A stretch of 55,965 bases of DNA, taken from positions 1 through 55,965 of the IMG/VR virus record IMGVR_UViG_3300033149_001514; one strand, given 5' to 3'. The translations under genes were made by a program, and so were the position numbers. The notes beneath the pieces were generated by a model. It ran no database searches and was not told where the DNA came from. It saw only the letters and a program-made list of their open reading frames with translations. The stretch is from a virus. Taxonomy: Duplodnaviria; Caudoviricetes. Positions 18,243 through 28,039 of the stretch are shown in pieces (position 1 is the stretch's first letter; each line of letters begins with the position of its first letter).

Positions 18243-18524
18243 ATGATTATAGCGGTTGATATTGATGGCATTTTGACTTTAGAAAAGGATGGTCACGATT
18301 ATGAAAACAGAACTCCTAACCCCATTGCCCGAACTTTTTTGTTTCAGGAAATAAAAAAAGGAAATTCGATTTTGTATTACACCGCCCGACCTGAAATGGA
18401 CAGGGCTGTCACTATAAGATGGTTAGAAAAGCATGGCTTTCCTAATGCCCCGTTATTTATGGGTAAGCCACAGGCAGACTTCTACGTAGATGACAAGGCA
18501 GTGAGAGGATTTGATGAAATATGA
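18243..18524 (+). CDS. Minimal HAD-family phosphatase
   Basis: DIDGIL, YTAR, GKP, YVDDK motifs. Confidence 0.8.
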   Translation: MIIAVDIDGILTLEKDGHDYENRTPNPIARTFLFQEIKKGNSILYYTARPEMDRAVTIRWLEKHGFPNAPLFMGKPQADFYVDDKAVRGFDEI

Positions 18525-19171
18525 AAAAAATAGTGCTTCTGTATTCAGGAGGAATGGACAGTCTCATAGCTTATCGCTGGTATCACGAACCCGAAACACT
18601 TTACGTAAATTTAGGCACTCGGTACGCTGGGGCGGAAATAGAAGCTGTCAAGAAAACCCTACCAGATACAACCATCATAAATATCCCCGAGATGGGAAGG
18701 TTTGAACTGGACAATGCTCACTTTCCCGGCAGGAATAGTTTGCTGGCTTGGTGCGGTGCAAGTGTAGGGGGCGTGCGAATTATCTTGGTCACACAGAAAG
18801 GGGAAATGACTGGCACTAAGGATAGGACAAACGCCTTTTTTAAGCAAATCAGCCATCACCTTTCTTATGTATTCGAGAGGGAAATAATTGTAGAGACCCC
18901 GTTTGCCAATATAGATAAGACCGAAATGGTGGAGTGGTATTTAAAATCTGGCGGGGAATTAGACTTATTATATAAGACCATAGGGTGCTACCGAGGAGCA
19001 CAAAGACCATGTGGTAATTGCTCGGCTTGCCTGCGCAGATACGTTGCTTTTATGAATAACGGTCTCGACCCGCAATTTCAACTATCACAGGAGATAAAAA
19101 TCATCTACCGAAAGAAGTTACACACTTATCCAATATATAGACAAAAAAGGATGCTACGATGGCTGACCTGA
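18521..19171 (+). CDS. queC: QueC-family ATP pyrophosphatase (preQ0 synthase-like)
   Basis: SGGMDS PP-loop, PGRN, CGNCSAC zinc site. Confidence 0.85.
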   Translation: MKKIVLLYSGGMDSLIAYRWYHEPETLYVNLGTRYAGAEIEAVKKTLPDTTIINIPEMGRFELDNAHFPGRNSLLAWCGASVGGVRIILVTQKGEMTGTKDRTNAFFKQISHHLSYVFEREIIVETPFANIDKTEMVEWYLKSGGELDLLYKTIGCYRGAQRPCGNCSACLRRYVAFMNNGLDPQFQLSQEIKIIYRKKLHTYPIYRQKRMLRWLT

Positions 19172-19716
19172 AATTGTTAAATGTGGGATGCGGAAATGAT
19201 CTAAGAGAGGGATATTTAAATGTAGATATCTTGCCACCGCCTTTGCTTACAGGAAACATGATGTACAAAAGGGCAGACGGCGTTAATTTATTTGAAGCGG
19301 TTGGGGGTGGGTGGGATGGCATATTGTCTATTTATATGGTAGAGCATGTGCCAGTCCGTCATCTTTACACCATGTTTTATAATTGGAACAAGTGTCTAAA
19401 AATGAACGGAACTGTGCGCATTGTTGTGCCCAGTCTTGTTGCTATGATTGACCTTTACCAAGATTCCAGCCCGTTAGACCTATCTGTTTTCAGGCGGTTA
19501 ATTTACGAGGGTATGGGCGGGCCAGAAGAAACAGGGGTAAGCCCTCACACTGCATTATGGACGGTTGAATGGTTGGAACATTTTATGACCGCAGAAGGGT
19601 TTAACCTAACCCAGTATAAAGACAAAGTCGGAAGCCACTGCCTTGGGCTTGTGGCTGAATTTGTTAAGGTTACTGATTCCAATACTACCGAGGACGAAAA
19701 TATATGGGTCTGGTAA
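19159..19716 (+). CDS. Class I SAM-dependent methyltransferase
   Basis: LNVGCG, LNVD, VEHV, LKMNGTVRIVVP. Confidence 0.85.
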   Translation: MADLKLLNVGCGNDLREGYLNVDILPPPLLTGNMMYKRADGVNLFEAVGGGWDGILSIYMVEHVPVRHLYTMFYNWNKCLKMNGTVRIVVPSLVAMIDLYQDSSPLDLSVFRRLIYEGMGGPEETGVSPHTALWTVEWLEHFMTAEGFNLTQYKDKVGSHCLGLVAEFVKVTDSNTTEDENIWVW

Positions 19717-20678
19717 AAGCAGAAATACTATGGACAAGAAAGTGTCCGCTGTCTTGCTCGTATTGTGCCATGCCAAACGACACGGAACGAGCACCTGTCG
19801 CAAGCATGATTGCAGGATTATCCAACCTTAAAGAATTGGGAGTTGGTTTTATAGCCATATATGGGGCTTCTCCGCTTTACGACTTTGAGGGGTTGCCAGA
19901 ATATATCAAGGCTGCTGAAGACATGGATATATTAACTACCGTTATTACAGACGGGGTTCAAGCAGGGCATCGTGGATTACTTGAAGAACTTTATGATAGC
20001 GGATTGCGGTCACTTACCATGTCTTACGACTTTGTTCCTTACGATAATGCTTCACGAATCAAAACAGGCAGGGCTTTTGCTCTTGTGGATTGGTGGCTGG
20101 GGTTGCCTGATATCAGAGATGTCGAAATTGTAGCAACCGTAACGAGCGAAAATTACGACACGATTATAAATGCTCTTCCCCAAATTTTTATGAATTATCC
20201 AAAGTTGTATTTTAGTTTTGATTTTGTCCATTTTGACCGCATGAACCCCGGAACAAAATGCAAGGGGCAGGCAAACGACTTGGCTCTAACCAACCAGATG
20301 GTAGCCGATTTTTGTAATGCCATGTTGGAATTCAAAATAGTAAAGGATTTTAACATTCATGCTTCTCTGGACGTGCTAAGAAAATTTGCTGACAACCCAA
20401 CCATAGTGACCGAGTATTCTTGGTCATGTGCCACCGACAATTTTCCAAGTTGGGTGACCATTGACGCCGATGGAACGGTGTTGCCCTGTGATGATTTTCA
20501 TGTAGACCGCTCTCTTAAAGTATGGGATATTGACGAACTAAAATGGACATTGTGGAAGCACAGAAACAAAAAAGACGTAGAAGATTTTTGCAACGGGTGT
20601 GCTTGGAACACTCATATTGATGCCGACCTTATCAAAGGCGGTCAAGTCTCTTTTTTGGGATACGTTCACAAGGAATAA
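19704..20678 (+). CDS. Radical SAM protein with Twitch/SPASM-like C-terminus
   Basis: CPLSCSYC; WSC...IDADGTVLPC...CNGC. Confidence 0.88.
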   Translation: MGLVKAEILWTRKCPLSCSYCAMPNDTERAPVASMIAGLSNLKELGVGFIAIYGASPLYDFEGLPEYIKAAEDMDILTTVITDGVQAGHRGLLEELYDSGLRSLTMSYDFVPYDNASRIKTGRAFALVDWWLGLPDIRDVEIVATVTSENYDTIINALPQIFMNYPKLYFSFDFVHFDRMNPGTKCKGQANDLALTNQMVADFCNAMLEFKIVKDFNIHASLDVLRKFADNPTIVTEYSWSCATDNFPSWVTIDADGTVLPCDDFHVDRSLKVWDIDELKWTLWKHRNKKDVEDFCNGCAWNTHIDADLIKGGQVSFLGYVHKE

Positions 20679-20679
20679 A

Positions 20680-22026
20680 ATGTGCGGAATTTACGGAGGT
20701 TTTGCCTTTAACAATAGGGGCATGATTATTATTAAATCTTTCAAAAGCAGGTTGGAAGAAACAGCCCGATTGCGGGGCAGGGATGGTCATGGCAGGTTCG
20801 AGTTCAAGAACGGATATATAGGGGTGTCGAGAGCACAACCCTTGCCGGAAGGCGAGGAAATTCCCCTGCCGCTAAAACACGATGGGCTGGTAATGGTTTT
20901 CAATGGAACAATATCAAACGACAAGGAATTAGCGGAAAGGCACGGGTTTGATAGGGAGTCCGTAGATACTTGGACGGCTATTCGGTTGTGGAGCAAAAAA
21001 GGGTTGGATGCGTGTGAGGAGTTCGTTGGTGGTTACGCTTTTGGGGTATACGATGAAGTGACCGAAACGCTTACAGTGGCAAAGAATTTTAAGACACTGT
21101 GGTATGTGCTAACTGATGACTGCTTTTTGTTTGCCAGCGAAAAGGAATTTTTAGAAACAGACGATAGCAAATTCGGGCGATATGTACCAAGTCGTTTCCC
21201 ACAGAATACCGGATTGGTGGTAAATGAGACCTCCCATCGGGAACGGTCTCTGTCTAGAAAATATTGGTCTCATACACCAGATTTAGACAATAACAAGGCA
21301 GTCATCGTAACCAGTGGGGGAATAGATTCTATCACCTCCGCTTATATAGCCAAGTTTGTTCACAAAAAAGAAATTGCGCTGATAAACTTCGATTATGGAC
21401 AGTTAGCCAGCGAGCGTGAATGGGAAGCCGTTAAATATGCAGGGGAGTCAATAGGATGCCCCTGCTTGCAGGTAGACTTATCGCTCCTAGGTGCTTGGGG
21501 AGCAAGCCCGCTAACAGACCCGACCATAGAATTGCCGTTGGGAATGAAGTCGGCAGAAAGCACATTATGTTGGACGCCAGCGAGGAACATGCTGATGATA
21601 GCTTATGCCAGCGCATACGCCGAAGCTCATGGGATAAAATACATTTATTTTGGAAATAACATGGAGGAAGAAGCAACAGGATATTCCGACAACGATTTAG
21701 AATTTATCTACCTGTATAACCAGCTTCTGGACTACGGCACACTCAAAGGAATAAAAATAAAGCGGGCATTGGGTAGGCTTATGAAGCCGGAAATTTTACA
21801 GGTAGGGGCATACTTGGGGGTGGACTACGACAGGACGTGGTCGTGTGATTTAGGCGGAGAAAAACCGTGTGGGGTATGCGGATGTTGTACTACCCGCCAA
21901 TATGCTTTTAAACGGGCTAATTTGCCCGATGGTCAGACTTACGAAAACCCCCTGCAAGATATTTATCCTTGGGAGGGGCATAAGGAATATGACGTGGAGG
22001 AATTACTTGACAGATTACACGATTGA
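20680..22026 (+). CDS. gat-queC: Glutamine amidotransferase (class II)-QueC fusion, Gat-QueC
   Basis: N-terminal MCGI nucleophile, RGRDG, FNG; then SGGIDS, PARN, CGVCGCC. Confidence 0.9.
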   Translation: MCGIYGGFAFNNRGMIIIKSFKSRLEETARLRGRDGHGRFEFKNGYIGVSRAQPLPEGEEIPLPLKHDGLVMVFNGTISNDKELAERHGFDRESVDTWTAIRLWSKKGLDACEEFVGGYAFGVYDEVTETLTVAKNFKTLWYVLTDDCFLFASEKEFLETDDSKFGRYVPSRFPQNTGLVVNETSHRERSLSRKYWSHTPDLDNNKAVIVTSGGIDSITSAYIAKFVHKKEIALINFDYGQLASEREWEAVKYAGESIGCPCLQVDLSLLGAWGASPLTDPTIELPLGMKSAESTLCWTPARNMLMIAYASAYAEAHGIKYIYFGNNMEEEATGYSDNDLEFIYLYNQLLDYGTLKGIKIKRALGRLMKPEILQVGAYLGVDYDRTWSCDLGGEKPCGVCGCCTTRQYAFKRANLPDGQTYENPLQDIYPWEGHKEYDVEELLDRLHD

Positions 22027-22888
22027 ATTAGACGGGGATTTCAAGTTTATTGTTCTCACCTTAACAAGGCGTTGCCCGTTGCGGTGTTCTTATTGCAATT
22101 ATGCCAGAAACGATATGCCGGAAATGCCGTTGGAGTTTTGGATAAGCGTGCTTGATAAATTTCCAAATGCAGAATATGTGCTTTTTGGTGGTGACCCTGT
22201 TGAGTATAAACATTTTTGGGATTTGTTGGAAATAATGAATAAAAGAGAGACGGGATATACTGTATCGACAACGGGCATAAATTTACAAGATGAGGATTTT
22301 GACAAAATGGTTTCTGTAAGTGTATCGCTGGATACGCTGGATACAAAAATCACGAAGCCGGAGCACAGGAAAAGCATACGGGGCTGGGAGGTGGTATTGC
22401 TCAGAAAAGAAAATCCAAAGGGTGTAGATTTTGCGGGTATTACCATGACCAAGGACAACATAAACGAGATGCCTTTTTTGGCGGAGAGTTTGCGAGACAC
22501 GACCTTCTTAGGGTGTTTCAATGTGGTTCAAACCAAGACGGAATTAGGCAAAGACACCGACTTAAAACCAACCCGTAAGCAGTTGGAAAAGTTTGTTGAA
22601 TTTGTTAAGGAAACCTATCATTGGGGAGTGTACGCAGACCCGTTAGAGTTCTACGAATTATTGCCTACCAAAGGGATTGCGCAGGACTGGTTTTGTAAGG
22701 GGGAAGTTCTTTTGACCGTAGACAGTGATGGCACGGTAGCCCCGTGCTATCAAGTAAAATCCAACGGGCACACGATGGCAGACTACAAGCACGCCCAGAA
22801 ATGCGAGGGGTGCTTTTTAAATTGTTTTTGGGTGTGGACAGAAATGCCTCAATTTTGTATATGTCAGCAAGGAGAAAAAAATGTTTGA
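21989..22888 (+). CDS. Second radical SAM protein with Twitch/SPASM-like C-terminus (alternative TTG start at 22007)
   Basis: CPLRCSYC, GGDP; WFC...VDSDGTVAPC...CEGCFLNC. Confidence 0.88.
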   Translation: MTWRNYLTDYTIELDGDFKFIVLTLTRRCPLRCSYCNYARNDMPEMPLEFWISVLDKFPNAEYVLFGGDPVEYKHFWDLLEIMNKRETGYTVSTTGINLQDEDFDKMVSVSVSLDTLDTKITKPEHRKSIRGWEVVLLRKENPKGVDFAGITMTKDNINEMPFLAESLRDTTFLGCFNVVQTKTELGKDTDLKPTRKQLEKFVEFVKETYHWGVYADPLEFYELLPTKGIAQDWFCKGEVLLTVDSDGTVAPCYQVKSNGHTMADYKHAQKCEGCFLNCFWVWTEMPQFCICQQGEKNV

Positions 22889-23255
22889 AATAAAAAAGAC
22901 TTTCCGGTTCGAGGCGGCTCATCGGTTGCGGAATCTGGAAGCCGGACACAAATGTGCCCGTATGCACGGACATAACTACGAGGTTACCCTGACTCTGGCA
23001 GTGGATTCAGTGCGTGAATTAGAGAATGGTTTTGTTTATGACTACGGTAAGTTAAAGCCGTTTGGCGATAAAATAAAAGCATGGTACGACCATCGGGTTT
23101 TGAACGAGGTAAAGCCCTTTGATATATACCAACCGAGTGCTGAATTTATGGCGTATGCCTTTTACAATATTGCCGTCAATTTGTGTTTCATTCCTAATGT
23201 TGTGGCGGTTGGCGTTAGTGAGACCCCCGACACCTATGCGGAGTACCGACCATGA
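22881..23255 (+). CDS. queD: 6-carboxytetrahydropterin synthase
   Basis: FEAAH, CARMHGHNY, DH, SAE, VSET. Confidence 0.93.
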   Translation: MFEIKKTFRFEAAHRLRNLEAGHKCARMHGHNYEVTLTLAVDSVRELENGFVYDYGKLKPFGDKIKAWYDHRVLNEVKPFDIYQPSAEFMAYAFYNIAVNLCFIPNVVAVGVSETPDTYAEYRP

Positions 23256-23866
23256 GCGAATATCAAGTTATTGATATGTTTAATAGCATTCAGGGCGAAG
23301 GTACTTACCAGACAGGGCTTTGGTGTACCTTCATCCGGTTGGCTGGCTGTGATATTGGTTGCGAATGGTGTGACACGAAAGAAAGTTGGAGCAAAGCCAA
23401 TGGTATAAAGATGACCGCCAAGGAAATTGCCGAAAAGGTTACCGCAAAGGCAGTTGTTATTACGGGTGGCGAACCGACATTATGGGATTTAGACCCGTTA
23501 TTAAAAGAGCTGTCGAACTTCAACTATTATGTTATGCTGGAAACAAGCGGGTATCACGCTTTGCGAGGCGAAAGGACACCGCAATGGATTACGGTTAGCC
23601 CCAAGTTCGCAGTTGACTATCAAATAAACGCACAATGGTATGATTTAGTTGCAGAGTGGAAATGGGTCGTGGATGAAAATTTTGACCTTAAAAGGGCTGT
23701 TGCATACGAGGACAAGAGTCGCATTATATCCCTTGTCAGTTTAATGCCAGAGGGAAGCCCGCCCAAGCCGGAGAACATAAATCTTGCCCTCGAAATACTG
23801 GAAAGTGTGAATAAATTAAATTGGCATTACTCACCGAGAATTCAATATAGGATAGGTGTCAAATGA
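23252..23866 (+). CDS. queE: 7-carboxy-7-deazaguanine synthase
   Basis: SIQGEG, RLAGCDIGCEWCDT, TGGEP, ETSG, VSPK. Confidence 0.93.
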   Translation: MSEYQVIDMFNSIQGEGTYQTGLWCTFIRLAGCDIGCEWCDTKESWSKANGIKMTAKEIAEKVTAKAVVITGGEPTLWDLDPLLKELSNFNYYVMLETSGYHALRGERTPQWITVSPKFAVDYQINAQWYDLVAEWKWVVDENFDLKRAVAYEDKSRIISLVSLMPEGSPPKPENINLALEILESVNKLNWHYSPRIQYRIGVK

Positions 23867-24432
23867 ACGTAGATAAGACAAAAATCAAAGTAGCAACTGA
23901 AATGCTGTTAGAGGCTTTGGGGGAGGACTTATCCAGAGAAGGTTTGAAAGATACTCCCATGCGAGTAGCAAATGCGTGGGAGGAATTTTTACAGCCGGAC
24001 GAAAAGCTTAATACCACCTTCCAAGAAATAAAAGTAAATTCCATGATAATGGTTCGTGGCATTACTGGCTGGTCTTTTTGCGAGCATCACATTATTCCAT
24101 TTTCGTATGTGGCAACGGTGGGATATATTCCAAAGGAAAAGGTTCTTGGGTTGTCAAAAATTCCAAGGGTGGTTCGTCACGAAGGCAGACGGTTGAGAAC
24201 CCAAGAAACCATGACAAGGGATATTATTGACCATCTTAAAAATTTGACAGAGACGGAAGATATAGCTGTCCGGTTAGAGGGCGTTCATTTGTGTATGGTA
24301 ATGCGGGGAGTAAAGGCTCAGGGGGCGAGCATGGTTACTCAGGAATTATCCGGTGCTTTTATGGATGACGGGGTAGTAAGAAATGAATTTATGATGATGG
24401 CGGATTCTCATGGTTTACTATTGCAACCGTAG
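23863..24432 (+). CDS. folE: GTP cyclohydrolase I
   Basis: GLKDTPMRV, CEHHIIPF, GLSK, HLCMVMRG. Confidence 0.95.
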   Translation: MNVDKTKIKVATEMLLEALGEDLSREGLKDTPMRVANAWEEFLQPDEKLNTTFQEIKVNSMIMVRGITGWSFCEHHIIPFSYVATVGYIPKEKVLGLSKIPRVVRHEGRRLRTQETMTRDIIDHLKNLTETEDIAVRLEGVHLCMVMRGVKAQGASMVTQELSGAFMDDGVVRNEFMMMADSHGLLLQP

Positions 24433-25144
24433 AACAAAGCAGTGTTCCAACTGCGGACACAGATATACCAAGAACGAATACGAATTATGGGAGTGTCCAG
24501 AATGCGGGCACGACCGTCATTGTAAATCTATCGTTTCCAACGAGGGTGATGCTTGTAAGTTTCATGGGGGTATGAGCCTGCGGGGTATTGAGCACCCTCG
24601 ATTTATTCACGGTAGATATTCCCGTTATATTCCTTCCAACTTGGCAGAAAGCTACAAGAAATTTAGAACGGACGAGAACAGAGTCAGCGTAGAAGAAGAA
24701 CTAGACCTTGCCCGCATGTTACTTGCCGACCAGATTGCCGGAATAGGGGATGGAGCAAGCGGAAAGAATTGGGTCAAGGCAAGAGAACTCTTTGAAAAAG
24801 CATTAAGATATAACCGACAGAACAGGTCGGAAGATTTTGTTAGGACGCTAACCGAGTTGGGTGAAGTGTTAGAAAAGGGCAGTAATGAAGTAGGAAGGGC
24901 TAAGGACGCTTTGGACATAATGGAGCAAGTTCGAAGATTGGTAAACACGGAACGACAAATAAAAGTAGACGAAGCCGAATACATTACCAGAGCTTATGCC
25001 TTATTCATGTTCGGCAAAATATTGGATGCTATAGAGCGCAATGTCTTGCCTTTACAGGGTGGCAAAAATGCAGTCGCAAAACTCGCAGATACCGTTGGAG
25101 AAGTGGTTGGGACAATGGGTTCAAAGTCGTTTAGACCAGATTAG
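24410..25144 (+). CDS. terS: Terminase small subunit (HGGxS-type, zinc ribbon)
   Basis: CKFHGGMS...HGRYS; directly upstream of terL. Confidence 0.7.
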   Translation: MVYYCNRRTKQCSNCGHRYTKNEYELWECPECGHDRHCKSIVSNEGDACKFHGGMSLRGIEHPRFIHGRYSRYIPSNLAESYKKFRTDENRVSVEEELDLARMLLADQIAGIGDGASGKNWVKARELFEKALRYNRQNRSEDFVRTLTELGEVLEKGSNEVGRAKDALDIMEQVRRLVNTERQIKVDEAEYITRAYALFMFGKILDAIERNVLPLQGGKNAVAKLADTVGEVVGTMGSKSFRPD

Positions 25145-26555
25145 CGGTAGGGAATCTGGTATAGAAAACGTAGCCCTTCCCATTCCGAAAACCGAAGAAG
25201 AATTATACAATTTTGTTCGGGATATCGTTGGAATTACTATTCCCCGTCACCAAGTTTGCCCTCATCACAGCACGCCTTGGGATGCCTTTAAAGATGCTTA
25301 TTTTGCTAAAGACCCCGTAGCCATTTGGAAAGCGTCTCGTGCGTTTGGTGGTAAGTCTGTTCTTTTATCTGCTCTTACCTATACCGAAGCAATTACACTC
25401 GGCGCTAGCGTTAATCTGCTCGGGGGGTCTGGTGAGCAAGCAATACGTGTTCACAACTATATCAGGGGCGAGAGCGACAACTTGCCCGAAACATTATGGG
25501 AGCACCCAAGGGCCCCAAAATACCTGCTAGCAACAGACCCTTCCGGTAAACGCACCACCTTAACAAATGGCGGCAGAATTACCGTTCTTATGGCTTCCCA
25601 AAAATCGGTGCGAGGTCCGCACCCACAACGGTTGAGAGTAGATGAGGCGGACGAAGCCGATATTGCTATTATTGATAGTGCCTTAGGACAACCTTTGCCC
25701 TCCAGAGGAATTTTAGACAATACGGTGCTTAGTTCCACCCACCAATATCCAGACGGCACATTGACCGAGCTATTGGACAGGGCGGAAGAAAAAGGTTGGC
25801 CGATTTATGAATGGTGTTGGCGGGAGACTAGCAATCCGCATTCGGGTTGGCTGTCTCCCCAAGCCATAGAACGGAAACGCATGACGGTTACCGCCTACGA
25901 CTGGAATGTGGAATATGACCTACAAAGTCCCAAATCAGAAGAACTTGCCATTTTCCCAGAGACAATCGAGATGGTATTTCGAGATGAGTTGGGAATATGG
26001 GAAGGGAACAATAACGAAATTATTGTGGTGGAAGAGCCGCAGGTTGGCGGGTTTTACGCCATAGGTATTGACTGGGCAAGGAAAAGTGATTATACAATCA
26101 TATTAGTTCTGAGATACGATTGCTTTCCTGCAAGGCTGGTCTATTTCAGAAGATTGGGTCGTCAGCCTTGGCCTGCCATGATTGCCAAAGCTAAATCTGT
26201 AAAAAAGATGTATGACGAATGGGGGAAGTCGGTAAAGTGGATGCACGATGAAACGGGCTTGGGTGATGTGGTCGCGGGGTATATGCCGCACGACATTCAA
26301 GGATTTATAATGACTGGCGGACAAAAGACAAATGAGTTATTATCAGATTATGTTGTAGGATTAGAGCAGAACATGATTCATTTCCCTAACATCAAGTATA
26401 TGAAAACGGAACACAAACGAGCTTCCGTTGCCGATGTATACAAGGGGTACGGCACAGGACATCTGCCGGACACAATCCAAGCGGGAGCTTTCGCGTTCAG
26501 GCTTACCGGATTGGGAAAGAAACTTAAAAAGATAGGAAGTTGGAGACCATCATGA
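25068..26555 (+). CDS. terL: Terminase large subunit
   Basis: SRAFGGKS Walker A, RVDEAD Walker B, GIDWA/DYT/HLPD nuclease acidic residues. Confidence 0.9.
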   Translation: MQSQNSQIPLEKWLGQWVQSRLDQISGRESGIENVALPIPKTEEELYNFVRDIVGITIPRHQVCPHHSTPWDAFKDAYFAKDPVAIWKASRAFGGKSVLLSALTYTEAITLGASVNLLGGSGEQAIRVHNYIRGESDNLPETLWEHPRAPKYLLATDPSGKRTTLTNGGRITVLMASQKSVRGPHPQRLRVDEADEADIAIIDSALGQPLPSRGILDNTVLSSTHQYPDGTLTELLDRAEEKGWPIYEWCWRETSNPHSGWLSPQAIERKRMTVTAYDWNVEYDLQSPKSEELAIFPETIEMVFRDELGIWEGNNNEIIVVEEPQVGGFYAIGIDWARKSDYTIILVLRYDCFPARLVYFRRLGRQPWPAMIAKAKSVKKMYDEWGKSVKWMHDETGLGDVVAGYMPHDIQGFIMTGGQKTNELLSDYVVGLEQNMIHFPNIKYMKTEHKRASVADVYKGYGTGHLPDTIQAGAFAFRLTGLGKKLKKIGSWRPS

Positions 26556-28039
26556 GTATACTCGAAAATTATAGCAGAGAGACTATTGCTCTCGCAGTAC
26601 AAATATCGCAGTCCTACCTTTCTCGGTTTGCACAGGCGCAGACGGCTTTTAGTCTGGACAGGGATTATTATAAGGTTCTTGGATATCCCGAAACGATTAA
26701 TATTGATGATTACATTATCCGGTATAAACGCCAAGACATTGCCAGCCGTATTGTAGACTTGCCTGCGCAGGACACTTGGAAGAAACCCCCTATGGTGTCC
26801 GAGGATGGAAAGAGAGACACCCAATTTTGCCAGGATTGGCAAGCCCTGCTCAATAAGAAAAACTTGGCTATTTGGAATAAGCTTTCCAGAGCTGACAGGC
26901 TGAGCGGAATAGGTAAGTTCGGGGTACTGGTGTTGGGATTCAAAGACGGCGGGCTATTATCCGATGAAGTAAACACTGACCGATTGAAGGCACTTGGAAC
27001 TGATGGGCTTATTTATTTACGCCCGTTGTCGGAAGCCAGTGTTGAAGTTGCAGCCAAAGATGAAGATGTGCAGAGCGAAAGATTTGGACAGCCAACTTTA
27101 TATAAAGTGAATTTGGATAGCAAGACCAAAAATACTAAAATTCACTGGACAAGAATTTTACACCTTGCAGATGGCAAGCTGGACAGTGAAGTCTACGGAA
27201 CACCCCGATTAGAGAAAGTATATAACAGGCTTGACGACCTAACGAAACTAATAGGCGGCGGGTCGGAAGCGTCTTGGCTGAACATGCGCCAAGGCACATT
27301 GATGACACCGAAAGAGGGATACGATGGCGCATCAATGGACAGGGATAAATTGGCGACTGAAATTCAGGAATATGCACATGACCCCTTAAGGATGCTCTTT
27401 TTAGAAGGTGTCGAAACGCAGGAAATTGGGCGAGACAAGGTAATGAATGTCTCTCCCATTTTCAATGTGGCTATTGCTCTTATTTCAGCGGCCAGTGGTA
27501 TTCCCCAAAGAATACTTATTGGCTCCGCACAGGGCGAGTTAGCAAGTGCTTCCGAGGATATGAGACAATGGGCTGGCGAAGTTGCCTACCGCCAGAAGAA
27601 TTACGCCGAGCCTGAAATCCTGCGCACATTTATTGACCGCTTGGTTCAATACGGAGTATTATCTCCGCACGGCGAAAGCGGGTATCATATTGGCAAATTC
27701 AACCCCGAGAATGAGGAATGGGAATGGCCGCCTCTAGTCCAGATGACCGAGAAAGAGAAAGCGGAAATCATGGACTTCAAGGCAAGGGCTTTGAAAAACC
27801 TTGCAGACCCCAGCATGAAATATCCGGCGGAGCAATCCGAAGTCAGGGAATGGCTTGGGTTGTCCAAGGATGTGGTAGTGGAATTTGACGATAGCGAGGA
27901 CGAAATATTGAGACAAATGAACGACATGAAGAAGAAATTCATGCGTGGGGAAATGTCTGGCGAGCAGGTATTAAATTACACGATGAGCCACTGGTTAAAT
28001 GTTCGTGATTTAGTTGCTGGCAACGGGAAAGAAAAATGA
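26552..28039 (+). CDS. Portal protein (DUF1073-like)
   Basis: Follows terL; RIVDLPAQDTW, IHWTRI, SGIPQRILIG. Confidence 0.85.
   Translation: MSILENYSRETIALAVQISQSYLSRFAQAQTAFSLDRDYYKVLGYPETINIDDYIIRYKRQDIASRIVDLPAQDTWKKPPMVSEDGKRDTQFCQDWQALLNKKNLAIWNKLSRADRLSGIGKFGVLVLGFKDGGLLSDEVNTDRLKALGTDGLIYLRPLSEASVEVAAKDEDVQSERFGQPTLYKVNLDSKTKNTKIHWTRILHLADGKLDSEVYGTPRLEKVYNRLDDLTKLIGGGSEASWLNMRQGTLMTPKEGYDGASMDRDKLATEIQEYAHDPLRMLFLEGVETQEIGRDKVMNVSPIFNVAIALISAASGIPQRILIGSAQGELASASEDMRQWAGEVAYRQKNYAEPEILRTFIDRLVQYGVLSPHGESGYHIGKFNPENEEWEWPPLVQMTEKEKAEIMDFKARALKNLADPSMKYPAEQSEVREWLGLSKDVVVEFDDSEDEILRQMNDMKKKFMRGEMSGEQVLNYTMSHWLNVRDLVAGNGKEK

Noticed and set aside
17302-24432. Queuosine tRNA pathway as an auxiliary metabolic module
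   Set aside because: No QueF, QueA or tRNA genes; the TGT-fold protein lacks the Cys-rich zinc site of tRNA TGTs, and Gat-QueC points to DNA modification
26552-28039. Anti-CBASS Acb1 call sometimes attached to DUF1073 proteins
   Set aside because: Size and position after terL fit a portal; no paired HxT phosphodiesterase motifs were recognised
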